Assembly: GCA_030264375.1 (NCBI GenBank)
Contig: JASCQW010000001.1
Coordinates: forward strand, 48,041,424-48,105,423
Direction of reading: 5' to 3'
Source: Carcharhinus longimanus
Taxonomy: Eukaryota
DNA length: 64,000 nt
Shown: positions 1 through 13,366 of the stretch, one piece after another
How positions within the stretch are numbered: position 1 is the first letter of the stretch
Layout of the letters: each line of letters starts with the position of its first letter
Notes under the pieces: generated by a model
Databases searched by the model: none
What the model saw: only the letters and a program-made list of their open reading frames with translations
What the model was told of the DNA's origin: nothing
Made by a program: the position numbers and the translations under genes

Positions 1-350
1 TTAGCCAAGCCCCCTCCCCGTAACCCCTCAATTTATCCACTAATCCACCTAGCCTATACATTTTAGGACACCAAGGGGCAATTTATCTTGGCCAATCCAC
101 CCAACCTGCACATCTTTGCACCATGAGAGAATCCTCACAGTGTAGAAGGAGGCCACTTGGTTCTTTGAGGCTGCACTAACAACAATCCCACCCAGGCTCT
201 AACCCCATGTATTTACCCTGCTAATCCCCCAACACGAAAAGGTAATTTGCCATGGCCAATCAGTCTACCGCGCACATCATTGGACTGTGGGAGGAAACTG
301 GAGGAAACACACATAAACACAGGGAGAAGGTGCAAACTTCACACAGACAC
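1..350 (-). mobile_element. HE1/V-SINE fragments (two adjacent partial copies)
   Basis: Reverse-complement V-domain (GGACTGTGGGAGGAAAC...GTGCAAACTTCACACAGAC) and GGCCAATCCACCCAACCTGCACATCTTTG. Confidence 0.8.
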
Positions 351-1852
351 TCTTGGTTTTGTTCAACTTCTTTCTTTATAGCCGGCGGGAGTCTTTCACT
401 TTAATTTCTGCAGTTTTCCAGTGTCCTTGGGCTGCTTGGAGAGTCCGTTTCTCTCTTAGTTCTAACATCGATCTCTTAGTAATTACACCACTGGCTCCAG
501 TTGGGACCGATGTTTAAAAACTTTTTCAATTGCTGTGTTTTCACACAGATGGAGATCGTCTACTCATCCGCAAACTTCCAAACCTTCACTCCTGCAGTTC
601 CCCAGTTCCCCCCGCCACCCTCTACGTGCCTGCACAGGTTCTGCTTGGATCAGAAGTCTGAGGGTCTCAGCCTCATTATTTTCCCGCACTTTGAGGATGT
701 CCTGCAGGTGGGGTGGGGGGCATTTTCTTTTTCTTTTCCTGTTGACTTCTGAACCTGTTTAACTGGAGCAAATCTCTGTCTTCCATTTCAGATTTCTCCT
801 TTTTAAAATCTGAAACACAGCTTCTAGCTGGGTGTATCTTCCTTTTATTTCAAACACACCTGTCCTATCTTTCTTTTACTCAGTTTCACTCCCCTCGCCG
901 GACACACCTTCACTACACTCCATTACCTTCAAAAGGACATATGATGTAAACTTGTTTTGTTTTACAAACCCCTAATTAAACTATATATATGAATAAGTGG
1001 TAAATTTATTTAGCATTATGGCACTTTCCTGATATTAAGGCAACTGATTTATAATTAACTAATTTTACCACTTTCTCCCATTGGAATGAGGCCAGGCAGT
1101 GTCTGTGAAGAGATAAGCAGAGCTCACAGGCAAAATTTATTGAGGACAGCATTGTGCCCCACATCTTCCACCAAAGCTGGAATCACTCCCACTTGCTGCA
1201 TCTTTGGGAGCCCTGAGAAAGCTCAGTCCCTAACTGGCAGTGGGAACCCTGGTGGTTGGCCTCAAGGCACCTCAGGGAATAATTAATTGCTGGACTGCCC
1301 TCAGTAGAATGGAAATTTCCCCACCTGCTCTGAGAACTTGCTGGTCATGTGAGGCTCTCAGCTCTCTACTACATGCAGTGTCACCAGGAAAGGTGGGTTC
1401 TGCCAGTTATACACTTGGCTTTCACCAGGGTTTATTGTGGGGTTCCCTGCAGAAAGGTGAGTGAGGACAGGATACAGGTCGCAGGGCAGGGGTTGCCAAT
1501 GAGAGTGGGAAAGGGGTGTTGGAAGAGAGAGTAGAGTGATGCCTCTGAACGAGGGGACCCATCCACCCACTGGCCCTAGGAAAACTTACTGGACATTATA
1601 AACAACAACACAAAACACCTTAGGTTAGCTACAGAGTGGCGCTGCCTAATGTGATTTCATCTCTAACCTCAGAAGAGCACCCCTTCCCACAATTGAATTT
1701 GTACCAAAGGCTGGGTGGTTGTGTACTGTGGCCAACACCACAGGAGAATTGCGTAAAGACTGACCAAATACACTTCACTGGACAAAGAGAGGAAGGCCAT
1801 ATTCCAATCGGTTTAGGACAAATTTGAACTAAGATAAATGCTCTCCTGAGAT

Positions 1853-1855
<3 letters not shown>

Positions 1856-1919
<64 letters not shown>
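1856..1919. repeat. (TG)n microsatellite, about 32 units
   Basis: Perfect TG run seen directly. Confidence 0.99.
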
Positions 1920-1920
<1 letters not shown>

Positions 1921-2234
1921 CAAAAGGCGGTGAATCTGTAGCTGTCAAAAAAAAATCTGTCTTAGGATGACATAGTTCTTGAAGATAGTCATAAGAACAT
2001 ACTATCACTCTTTCCATTCAGTGAGACAGCCAGTGAAAACCTTGTCATCTACAACCACATTTTGTGACACTTATCATTTCCCTGGTACACCAGCCAGAAA
2101 CAAGTTTTAACAGCTTCCTCAAATAGACCATTGCAATTGAGATGTCAGGCGCTACAAATAAAAATGCATGTGTTTGACGGCATTTTAATGTAAAGTGGTT
2201 TACCCTAAACAGTTCTTTTGCAATTTGATTCAAT

Positions 2235-2351
2235 GGGCAAGTTTTTACAGCCTCTGTCGTCCCCAAACCCACCCGAGGTCAACAGACCTTCCCATGGTTC
2301 GCCCCTCGCCTGCGCTGATTCCCGTGGTGACAGGGTGGGAAAATTTCCGCC
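2235..2351. mobile_element. Short non-autonomous TIR element (MITE)
   Basis: GGGCAAGTTTT...AAAATTTCCGCC termini with AAT on both sides. The internal GAGGTCAACAGACCTTCCCATGG is shared with copies at 5512 and 14961-15224. Confidence 0.6.
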
Positions 2352-3384
2352 AATTGTCTTGATTAAATTGGGGTGTACAAGTCACAACTTGTCACAAAGA
2401 AAAAGAGAGGAAATTGGATGGGAGGAAAGCAATGTCTCATCCCCTCAATCCAAATAATTATTTTACCAAATTTGCCTGGGTAACCACCCAGTGAAATTGT
2501 GAGGTCCCCCTGACTGCAAACAAACGCCTCTCAGTGGCTAGATTTATTAGTGTGTGCTTAACAAAAACAGCGCATTATGTGAGGTATATAGACATTAACA
2601 ATACTGAAATGGACCATGTGAATAGCTGCATTAATTATACAAGTATCTCATTGCGGATATGCAATTATATTTTTGAATCCCAAGTCATGGCACTTATTAC
2701 ACAATAATTTGTTGCTTATCTCTAAATTCATTATATTTTCTAATGTAGGTCCATATTGTAGGGAACATCCATTCTAACACTGAACATTATGGTGCTTTCA
2801 CAATGCTAGGGAAGATAATTACACTGAGCACTGGATAGCAATAAATCTAAAATACCACTACCATCAACTTCCATTTTGACTCTGGGTTNNNNNNNNNNNN
2901 NNNNNNNNNNNNNNNNNNNNNNNNNNNNNNNNNNNNNNNNNNNNNNNNNNNNNNNNNNNNNNNNNNNNNNNNNNNNNNNNNNNNNNNNTCCATTTTGACT
3001 CTGGGTTAATTGAATTTAGCAAGTTTGGTTAAGGTAAGAAGATTCAGCTAATCAAAGCTAAAGAACTTAGCTACTTGGCTGAAGACACTCTGGTCGATGA
3101 ATAATGGATGCAGATTTCTTTATTCTGTATCACCAGTTGTGGATTTTATAATGGAAGTAGGAAAATAAGAACTGTTTTAACCATTTCTGCCTAAGTTTGA
3201 TGGAACTTCTGGGGACAGATGTTTTAGTGCAGAGGACTCTATGCCCCCCCACCCCCCTTACTGTTTCTTGCCTAATATTGTGACATTTTGGATATGCAAA
3301 TAATAAGGTGATCGTAAGAGTCCAAGTAGGTTTTTGTATTGCTGCCTCTCCTGGTTATCTGACCAAATCTCATGGAAAATGGAA

Positions 3385-3940
3385 TTTAAGCAAGAGCTGG
3401 AATGAAAGGTTTATCTTAAGAGCAGATTGGGCTTATACTCATTTGGAGTTTAAAAGAGTAAGATGTGACCTCATTGAAACACTTACAATTCTAAGGGAAC
3501 TCGACAGGGTGGATGGTGGAAGATAAGTGCAAAAGTTTGCGGATGTTGGAATCTGAAAGAGAAACAGAAAATGCTGGAAAATCTCAGCAGGTCTGACAGC
3601 ATCTGAGAAGGGAGAATAGGAAGATGATGGGGAGATGTTTCATTTCATGGGGGAATCTAGAACTAGAATGCACAGTTTAAAAGAAAGGGGGGCTCCCATT
3701 TAAGATGGAAATTAGGAGGAATTGATTTTCTCTGAGGGTCTTTGGAATTCTCTTCAATGGAAAGCAGTGGAGATTGGACAGTGAATATATTCAAGGCTGA
3801 GTTGGGCACATTTTTGATCGACTGACAGTCAAGGATTATGGAGGACAGGCAGAGAAGTTCAATCAAAATCAGCCATGGAGTAATAGAATGGTGAAGCAGG
3901 CTCAAAAGGCCTATTCCTTTCTCTATTTTTTATGATCTTA
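3385..3940 (+). mobile_element. CR1-type LINE 3' fragment, interrupted at about 3525-3620 by a Penelope-derived fragment
   Basis: LEFKRVRCDLIETLTILRELDRVD (CR1 ORF2 C-terminus) followed by a CR1-type 3' UTR. Confidence 0.8.
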
Positions 3941-4107
3941 TAATCTTATCTGAGGAATAATACATACTATAGAATGAGATTTCTACGAGAATGATGTGTA
4001 ATGTAGTTGCTATTTTGCTGGATAAATAATTGAGAGGCATGGACAGATCCTGTGGCAGGTTGAGTACCGTCTTAAAGAAAGTCTGGGAATAAAATATTGG
4101 TTTCACA

Positions 4108-4290
4108 AGGTGACCATAAAACTGTCAGATTGCCATAAAAAGCCAACTGGTTCACTGATGTCCTGCAGGAAAGAAACTGCTGTCCTTCACGTGGTTTGGC
4201 CTATGAGTGATTCCATCCTGCGGCAAAGCAGTTGGCCCTTTAGCATTGTCTGAAGTGGCTGAGCAAGTCACTCGGTTTTTAGCAAGCAGC
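4108..4290 (+). mobile_element. tRNA-SINE fragment (family of 21298-21658)
   Basis: GGTGACCATAAAAC...CTGGTTCACTGATGTCC...GGCCTATGAGTGATTCCA is similar to the 21298 copy. Confidence 0.6.
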
Positions 4291-5511
4291 TACAATGAGT
4301 AATGCCCTTTCTTGAGAAAAGTCCAGCACCATCTTCCATGATATAAATCTCTAATAACCCTTGGCCATGGCAGTGGTGATTTCCCCTGTCAACTCCATTA
4401 ACTGAACAGAGATTTAACAACTTGAGTTGATATCTATAAAGGCATAAAGATCCCTTTCACAAGATGGGATTTCAGATCCTCTCTGGAGGCAAAACACACG
4501 TGCTGCCAACAGCAAACATGAGTGGGCATTGGGCTCTATAGTCCATGTTTTTACTCTTTTGCTCAGTTGACCTGAAGAGTTTCTCCCAGCACCAGGAAAG
4601 CTGAAAAAAAACTTTGGGTACAGCTGATTATATCTTGCCCACTTGTGCTCTGAATCTACCCTCACTAATCTAAACAGGGTACACACATGCATGCACGCAC
4701 GTACACACACTCAGCAACCTTTTGACTGAGCACAGCTCCACAAACAAAACATGCTCTTAATTATGCACCCGAAAGTGGGAGTTTTTACCACAAATCACTT
4801 GATGTGGAAATTTATATTTGCTACATTTTTCTATTTGAACAATATCACAACTGTAATTGTTAGCTGCGATATGAAGTGTAGACTCGGGAGGGAAACCTAA
4901 CAGTAATAATGCTCAGAACTTAAAGACTAGCATTGGGAATGTTGAGTGAGAAAGGCTTAATGTCACAAAGAACTTGTAAACTTTAATTTTTATCTTTGGA
5001 GTTGGTTGGCCAGATGTATTTCCCTATATCGTAGTGCATTAAAGTGCAGTTAATCTGCTGACACTGGCATGATTTAACATCACAGGTCTTGCTGTTTGCT
5101 GTCAGATGGATTACTGAACGATGTGGGAAAAATCTCTTCATCCAGTATTTCTGAGTAACTTAATTTGGAAAAGTGTTCAAAGATCCTTCTGTTGTTTTTG
5201 AACAGGAATTAGACTGAATTAGTCGCGATGATGTACACTGTTTTCCATTTTTGGCATTGATGATTCTTAAGGATTTGCTGTCACGTGGCATTAAAAATGG
5301 TTTAAAAATTCACAGTTCCGTTGGAATAAATAAATGAATTCAATATGAGCTGCGGTAGGTTTTTTTTAGATTGTTTTTTGAAATTTGTTCTTTTAATCTT
5401 TGAAGTTTATGCAAAAACGCCTCCTGTTAAATGATTGCTGGACTTTATATAAAGTGTTAGGATCTTTTAAATCAAAGTCTGCCCAGTGTTTAATTGGTTC
5501 TCAGACATCTG

Positions 5512-5638
5512 GGGCAGGACTTTCCATCCATGCTTGCCCTAAGGCAGGAAAATCCTGCCCAAAATCAACGGACCTTTCCATGGTCTGTGTGCTGTCCACT
5601 ACAATTCCCATAGTAGGTGGGACAGGAAAATTCCATCC
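5512..5638. mobile_element. Short MITE
   Basis: GGGCAGGACTTTCC...GGAAAATTCCATCC termini, CTG on both sides. Confidence 0.6.
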
Positions 5639-6252
5639 CTGCAATGGCTTTCAGAGCATGTCTGCATTCTTGAATGAGTTAAAGAGCCAAAGTTTGTCAT
5701 CTGAGAGATACTCTTTCTTTCCCCCGACTGCTCTCACTGCTGTGACCTTTCTTGTTTGTCTCTGTTTTATTAATACAGCTGTGGTTATTTATGCTCAGAT
5801 CTTTCCAGTCTTATTCCTAAGTTCCAAATATATTGTTATGTGCTTTTTGTCCCCTCTACAACTTCAGTATGGTGAAATTATGATTGCACTGCCTCCCAAC
5901 TTGTCCAACCAAGACCCAAGCAGTATCAACTTGCCCACTTCTCCCTTCCTCTTAAACTCTTCAGGCTTTTAAAATACAATCTTGCAATCAATTAACAACT
6001 ACTTCTGACTTGCATTTCTTTCCTTGTCAGCCATTTTCAGCCTTGCTGGGGAAATTGGTGTTTGGGATTTCATTAAATTCTTCAATAAAATTAATGGGAT
6101 AGGTTATCACTGGCAATACTGTACTTCTCCAGCTTCTGATTTAGTTAAAAAACTTGTGTATCTGTTGTACTGAATTGAAATGACAACCTATAATTTCCTC
6201 CATTGACAAGTTTGAAGTCAAATTCAGTATGTTCTAAATGGCTTCATGGGAT

Positions 6253-6772
6253 AAGAATATAAATAGGAGCTAAAGTAGACCATTTGGTCATTCAGCAAGA
6301 TCATGGCCAATCATCTGCCTCAACTCCAACTTCACATACTGTCCCTATATTTGCTTATTACCCAAAAACTTATTGAGCCATTTGATCCCTCTCTTGAATA
6401 TATTCAAGGAATGAGTGTACACAGCTCACTATCCTGGGCTGGAGAGCTCTAAATATTCACAGCTTTCGAGTGAAGACATTTCTCTTCAAATTCAATGAAA
6501 TTGTGAGCCTGTCTTCTCAATTCTCCAGCCAGGGGAAGCAGCTTCTCAGTATCTATCCCGTCAAATCCCTTAAGAATTTTATATGTTTCAATTAGATTAG
6601 CTCTCATTCTTCTACGGAATACAGGCTTAGTCTACTTAATCTCAACATCCCAGGAACCAGTCTAATGATACTTCATTGCCCTCTCTCTAGAGCAAGTATA
6701 TGCCACATTAGGTAAAGAAATCAAAACTGCACACAGTATTCCAGATATGGCCTCACCAATACCCGATACAGT
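6253..6772 (-). mobile_element. CR1-type LINE 3' fragment
   Basis: Reverse complement of the CR1 3' UTR and ORF2 end (CAAAACTGCACACAGTATTCCAGATATGGCCTCACC, the RPHLEYCVQF-like motif). Confidence 0.8.
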
Positions 6773-7317
6773 GCTGTCATTGGTATTTTAACAATGGGAA
6801 GTTTATAACAATCTCTATTGGAATTATGTTTTCAAAACACATTGTTTGAAGCTAAGTCATTCAGTACATTTTTTAGTACAATAGTCATTTGAAAACTCTA
6901 ATCTTATCACTGATACTTTCTTCATTAATTGAATAAACCGGATATGCCACTTCTATGGACTTAATCCAGGGAATGCAAACCAAATTCTTGAAGAGCCTCT
7001 TTCACAAAGCATGATGTGTCGGTCAACAGGTTTTGACAACTAAAAACACAGCTAATTTGCTACCCAGGGGTGTCCAATCCCTTTCCCGTAGGCAAAGCAT
7101 AGCTGTCCATGCACAAAATCCATGCAACCCAGTTCTACTTTATGATGTCCTTTGCACCACAGTTTGCCTGGTTTTAATTTAACAGGATTGCTTTTAGCAC
7201 TGTTGTGGGAAATAAATTATATGATATTAAGGAAGCACAACCACAAGATGACAAATGCATCCAAATGAAACAGTATTGCTAGAACGGATGGCTGGATTAT
7301 ACTACAAAGAACCCAAT

Positions 7318-7478
7318 ATTAATTTGACCTCTCTCTACATCTTAGCTACGACTGTAACACTACGTTCTGTACTCTCTCCTTTCCTTCTCTACGTACAGTA
7401 TGTTTTGTATAACACTCAAGAAACAATACTTTTCATTGTATATTGATACATGTGACAATAAATCAAACCAAATCAAAA
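7318..7478 (+). mobile_element. Rex1/Babar LINE 3' tail
   Basis: AAGAAACAATACTTTTCA...CATGTGACAATAAATCAAACCAAATCAA is shared with the longer copies at 21791, 28685 and 55722. Confidence 0.7.
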
Positions 7479-8005
7479 ACTTCACCTGTGCTTCAAACAG
7501 AGAAAATCATCTCACAATCGTTAATTTCTAATGACATCCCTAAAATCTTTTGACTCAACATTCTCTGAAAGCAACAGCAAAGTCATTTGGGAATTGTGAA
7601 ATACCAAGCAAGAGACCAGCCGTTAGTCGTGGCCAGGTATCAGTTATATCAATCACTTTATTGAAGAGTTAATCACAGATTACCTTGTATACACACTGAC
7701 TAGCCAACAGCAGAAAAAAACATTTCCAGGTACCCTCTGCTTTTCCTTCGAGACCATGGCGGTAACTTGGGATGGATTTGTTTGAGCTCAAGGCAGAATT
7801 GTTACCTTTGTCATAGGTTGCTACCATCAGCATAGGTTGCTAATGGTTTGAAATGAGTAAACAGCACAGCGTCAGGGCGGAGGAAGTCATTACATCACCA
7901 AATAGAATCTTTACGACACATGGCATTGTGGATGACAATGGTCCTCAATTGCTAATGAGCTGATGCACAACTTTATGCAGGAATATATTTTCATACATAC
8001 AGAAA

Positions 8006-8660
8006 AACATATAAGAACATAAGAAATAGGAGCAGGAGTAGGCCATCTGGCCCTTCGAGCCTGCCCCGCCATTCAATAAGATNNNNNNNNNNNNNNNNNN
8101 NNNNNNNNNNNNNNNNNNNNNNNNNNNNNNNNNNNNNNNNNNNNNNNNNNNNNNNNNNNNNNNNNNNNNNNNNNNNNNNNNNCCATTCGCCTTCCTGACC
8201 ACCTGCTGCACCTGCAAGCTGGGTTTTTGCGACTCATGCACAAGGACCCCGAGGTCCCTAAAGAAACTAAGAGCAGGGTTAGGCTATTCGGCCCTTCCAA
8301 CCTGCTCCGCCATTCATTATGGTCAAGGATGATCATCAAATTCAATACCCTGATCCCACAATCCCCCTATATCTTTTAATCCCTTTAGCCCCAAAAGCTA
8401 CACCTAATTCCTTCTTGAAATTACACATTTTTGCTCAATTACTTTCTGCGATAGTGAATTCTACACGTTTACCACCCTCCGGGTGAAGAGATTCCTCCTC
8501 ATCTGAGTCCTAAAAGTTTTACCCCTTAGCTCCAAACTGTGACTGCCAGTTCTGGACTCTCCCACCATCAGGAACGTTCTTTCTGAATGTGCCCTGTTGA
8601 ATCATTTTAGAATTTGATGAGATTCTATGCGATCCCATTTCACTAAACTCCAATGAATAT
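8006..8660 (-). mobile_element. Young CR1 (collapsed in gap 8083-8182) abutting an older CR1 3' fragment
   Basis: AAGAACATAAGAAATAGGAGCAGGAGTAGGCC tail, MHESQKPSLQVQQVVRKAN ORF2 peptide on the minus strand, and a second tail starting at about 8262. Confidence 0.85.
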
Positions 8661-9065
8661 AATTATAAGAGACAGTTAATTCATAATTTCAGCTGAAGAC
8701 ATAGAGGATAAGACTGTCGGGAAACGTAACTACAACCTCGAGTAGAGTACTGAGATGTATGTAGACCTGTAAATAAACAAGATTAGTTTTTATGATTCAC
8801 AGTCTATGGTAGCATTCTTAGGGTAATAGGCAAACCTCAAAGGAACCCCATATTGATCCTGAATCCAAGACAAATGCTTCAGCATGCAGAGGTCTGAATA
8901 ATTCTTTGGGAGGATTAGAGCCCATATGGATTATTACTCATTTCAAATGACCCTGTCAATTACATTATCAGGAAATACCTTGTAGCCTCCATTTTTCTTT
9001 TTGTCCTGTTTTGACTCAATTGGATAAGTCTAAAATTATCTGTAAAGATATATTTAAAGTTTTGA

Positions 9066-9316
9066 AGTTTATTTATTGGTGTCACACTGCAATGAAGTTC
9101 CTGTGAAAATCCCCCCAGTGTTGCCTGTTCGGGAGAATTTAGTATGGCCAATGCACTTAACCAGCACACCTTTTGGACTGTGGGAGAAAACCAGAGCACT
9201 TGGAGGAAACTCATGGAGACACGAGGAGAATGTGCAGACTCTGCACAGATAGTGACCCAAGCCGGGAATTGAACTCGGGTCTTTGGCGCTGCGAGGCTAA
9301 CCACAGTGCCACCATG
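9066..9316 (-). mobile_element. HE1/V-SINE (GATTTTCACAG...CTTCATTGCAGTG tail subfamily)
   Basis: tRNA-like head and V-domain on the minus strand. Confidence 0.85.
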
Positions 9317-9823
9317 AACAGCAGAAGCAATAGAAATATGACAAAGAACAAAGAACAACACAGCACGGGAAACAGACCCTCCGGCCCAACGAGCCTGCGC
9401 CGCCATCTTAAAGCATTTTCCTACCCCTACCTTGACCCGTGTGTATGCGTATGGTATGACCATCTAAGATATTGGCACTGAACAATGGTTGCTGCTATTC
9501 AAGCATAGGTCTTTGCAGTCCAGTTTAAGGACATAGAGTAAATGAGAAAAAATTAGTCAGCCCATGGAACAATTTTTTAACAAGTCCTCTGCAGTCTTTT
9601 ACTTAAGAATTTTGTACAAGCTAGTTAACCTCAGAAAATTGTTAGCACTGTCCCGATTTGGTAACTTCATGTGTGGTTTCTGCACGTTGTCCCCGTGTCT
9701 TTGAGAGAGACAATTGGTTGCATGGCTTGAGGGGTACCACCCTAAATCAAGCAAAGGGCAGGCATAGAGGGAGGTACCAAGCCTACCTTAGTGAGAATTG
9801 AAATTGAACCTGCATTATGGGAT

Positions 9824-10104
9824 GGCACGATGGCACAGTGGTTAGCACTGCTGCCTCGCAGGGACCCGGTTTCCAATCTTGGGTTACTGTCCGTGTGAAG
9901 TTTGCGCGTTCTCCCCATGTCTACGTGGGTTTCCTTCGGGTGCTCTGGTTCCGTCCCACAGTGCTGGTTAGGTACATTGGCCATGCTAAACTCTCCCTCA
10001 ATGTACCCAAACAAGTGCTGGAGTGTGGTGACTAGGATATTTTCAAAGTAACTTCATTGCCGTGTTAATGTAAGCCTACTTGTTACAATAATACAATAAA
10101 CAAA
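9824..10104 (+). mobile_element. HE1/V-SINE
   Basis: GGCACGATGGCACAGTGGTTAGCACTGCTGCCTC tRNA head (A box), V-domain and AATAAAC tail. Confidence 0.85.
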
Positions 10105-10605
10105 CTGCAGGCGTTCATGCCAATCTTCAATGTAGGTTCAGTAAAACCACAGCATCATACATCCTACGTTATGGTTCTGCAACAATTACTTTCTTTGACG
10201 CTCTGGAACCATCATACCTGCTTACTATTCAATTATTTCAGTTATAATTAAAACAACCCATCAAGTTTGTAAGAAAGCACAGCAATATACAAGAATTACT
10301 TGTGTACACTGTGTGCAGTGAAAATGCAGTTACAGGCATCTGGCTTGTAAATGATCTGGAGGATTGGGTAACAGGTGAATTGATTCAGCTCAGAAAATGT
10401 CTTTCAGTATCATGGACCTTTTCATGTCAATTGGAGTTCCTTTAGTCTCTCTGAAGAGTTAATCAGCACCCAACATGTTTCTTCCATAGATAATATTCAA
10501 TGTACTTCATGAACACACAAGTCATTTTTAAACTCTTCATAATCTTTGTCCTTATTCAACAAATTTCAGTGGGATTTCATATATGTATATTTTCTGAGAC
10601 AAATT

Positions 10606-10921
10606 CATAGAATCCCTACAATGCAGAAGGAGGCCATTTGACCCATTAAGTCTGCACCGACCACAATCCCACTCAGGTCCTATTCCTGTAACCCCACATA
10701 TTTACCCTGCTAATCCCTGAAACTAGGGTCAATTTAGCATGGCCAATCAACCTAACCCGCAAATCTTTGGACTGTGGGAGGAAACCGGAGCACCTGGAGG
10801 AAACCCATACAGACACGGGGAGAATGTGCAAACTCCACACAGACAGTGACCTGAGGCCGGATTTGAATCCAGATCCCTGGTGCTGTGAGGCAGCATTGCT
10901 AACCGCTGTGCTACCGTGCCA
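10606..10921 (-). mobile_element. HE1/V-SINE with CR1-like GGGATTCTATG tail
   Basis: Head, V-domain and tail all present on the minus strand. Confidence 0.88.
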
Positions 10922-11940
10922 CTTCAGTTGTTCTTCCCAGTTCCTCCCAATCACAGCTCTTCCTTGTCTGTCACCAATGTTTATTAAATCTTGAGTTTCA
11001 AGGAAAACAACAATGTTATCCCCGACAAATTAAAGACCATTTTCTCCCCCAGTGGAGTGTAAGTCGAAATCTGTCATCTCTGAACCTCCTTACCATTGTG
11101 TGTATCATTGTTATTGTTCTCTACCAATCTTGGAGTGTGTCCAGTGGCCATAAATATGTTTTCGGGGGTGAAGGACAAACCAAAGAATTCTGGAGGTGCA
11201 TCACATAAAGCTTGCATTGTTTATATGCCTTTCAGCACCATCTCTCTCTCTCTCTCTCTCTTCTGCTTGTTGGTACTCCTACCAGGAGATCTGCTGTCAT
11301 GGTATGTCATGCTTGTTTGTCTTGCGGCACCCTCACACATCCACTGTAACTTATCTGCAACCGCTCTGTGACATTCATCATCCAATTACATCCAGGTTAA
11401 CCTCTTTCCTCTGGCCCTCTACTTTATTCTCTAGCTGAGATCTCTATAGCTTTTCAGCTCCAATCAAATGGCCAAAATACACACATTTTGTCTCTGAATG
11501 TCACTTTTTGCATTCTTTTTGCTCTTGCAATTTCAAATATGTCTTTAGACCTGTGTGTGGAAATTTAGCTTGCATTTTAGCTTCCACATTTCAAAGACCT
11601 TCAATAGCATAATCTGTTCATAACATGGTCAATGATCTACTGCAGCACACTTCTTTACATCCATTCTCCTATTGACTAGAGCTGATCTACTCTAATTACC
11701 CGTGTATCGTGACTTATAGCCCACTGGCCTCTGTGGTGCTAGAGGAGCTGGGATTTAAGGGAAGATTACTGACGTTACTCAGGAAAATGAAAAATGAAAT
11801 GCACATCAAGTCTGTGAATGATCGCTCACAATTATGACCCTTGACAAAAGCTTTCACTGCATGCATTATACACCACATAACTTCACTGATCCTGTACTCC
11901 CGGGCCAGGTAATTGACTACAGTATTGTAGCTCCATCTCA

Positions 11941-12093
11941 ATTCCTGGTCTGGCCTACATGTGACTCCAGACCCACAGAAATGTAGTCACCTTTTAACTG
12001 CCCTCAAAAATGGCCTCACAAGCCAGTCCGAAGACAATGAGGGATGGGCAGCAAATCCTGGTCATGCCAGCACCAAGCAAATCCCATGAAATA
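11941..12093 (+). mobile_element. tRNA-SINE 3' fragment (family of 21298-21658)
   Basis: CCTGGTCTGGCCTACATGTGACTCCAGACCCACAG...AGGGATGGGCAGCAAAT...ATCCCATGAA. Confidence 0.75.
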
Positions 12094-12227
12094 ATAGATT
12101 ATTCCATTCCTCAAAGTGTTACTCTAGTCTGCAATTGTGGGGTGGTGAATTCTACCTTTTTTTTAATAGTATCACTTGCTGGTAATTTTCTGATGTTGGA
12201 AACCATTCAGAGATTTAATATGTATAC

Positions 12228-12452
12228 AAAAGACTTGCATTCCTCTACCATATTTCACAATAACAGTGCATCCCAAGGTGCTTTAATAACCAATGAACAT
12301 TGCTGTTTGTGCACATTTGCTAGGAGCAATGCGATAATAGCAAGATAATCGGTATGTTGTTGTGTTGATTGAGGGATAAATATTGTCCTGGACAATGCTG
12401 ATAACTTTCCTGTTGTTGTGCCATGAGATCTTTTACACCTGTCTGGGAGGAC
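12228..12452 (-). mobile_element. Deu-domain SINE (SacSINE1/AmnSINE1-like) fragment
   Basis: TTGATTGAGGGATAAATATTGTCCTGGACA...GTGCCATGAGATCTTTTAC is the reverse complement of the Deu core. Confidence 0.65.
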
Positions 12453-12873
12453 ATAAATTGTTCCCTTTAAATTTGCATATTTTAATTATCAGGTGAGCAA
12501 AGTTCCAATGACTTCACAGCAAAAGAGATTTTATCCAAAATTCTTATGCAAATGTGACTTTGTGGATTATGAGTATCTGTATAGTCCAGACTCTTATCTC
12601 GGGCTAAAGTCAGATTGCATTAAAATCATCTGCTTTTAATTCAGTGATTTTTTTTCAATGCATTATTTGAATTATCTGATCATTTAACTTCGTAGCGCAA
12701 GCCATAACTTTCGTGAATAGTTTCATTGTGAGACATTGGGCCCATTCCATCTCAGTGATGGCCTGATGTACTTCACACATAATGAATTACATTGACTTGC
12801 AGATACTGTTATGTTGGCAAATCCAGAAGTCATTTTACAAATAGCAAGATCCCAGAAACAGCTTTGAGATTAG

Positions 12874-13366
12874 GGCTGGGATTCTCACAAAACAAAACAA
12901 CGGGCAAAAAAAGGGGAGAATTTTCCACCCAAAATTTGGGGGGGGGGGGTACCTACCTGAATGAGTCTCTGACAGTATGCCCCACCCCCCTCTGGCCCTG
13001 CCTGGCAGCCAGGGTGCCCAATGGGCATTGACAGTGTGCCAGGTTGGCACTGCCCAAGGGGCACCCCCTTGCCACTGAGCTCCTGGGTGGGCCTGAATGG
13101 TCTCTATCCACTAGTGGGGTGAGAATGCCTGTTCCCTGAAGCAGTTGGGAACCCCTCCCAGCAGGAGAAGAAGCTAGCAGGCCCAAAGTCTACTGCCTCG
13201 GGGCTCTCTAATCATGTGGAAATTCAGATTTTCACATGATAATCAGTTCCACACCGATTTCTGTCGTGGAGCTGTTTGCACTAAAAAAAGGCACCTCAAA
13301 GAACTGCTGTTGTCTCGCGGCCCGCTGTGCTGCTTGAGCAACGCAGTGGTTGGGAGAATCCCAGCC
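12874..13366. mobile_element. ~490-bp GC-rich non-autonomous DNA transposon inserted in a Deu-SINE remnant
   Basis: Perfect 13-bp TIR GGCTGGGATTCTC (12874-12886) / GAGAATCCCAGCC (13354-13366), flanked by TAG and TGG. Confidence 0.7.

Noticed and set aside
5400-5972. 190-aa ORF
   Set aside because: No recognisable domain, runs through a MITE, has a TTG start and low-complexity hydrophobic composition. Chance ORF.
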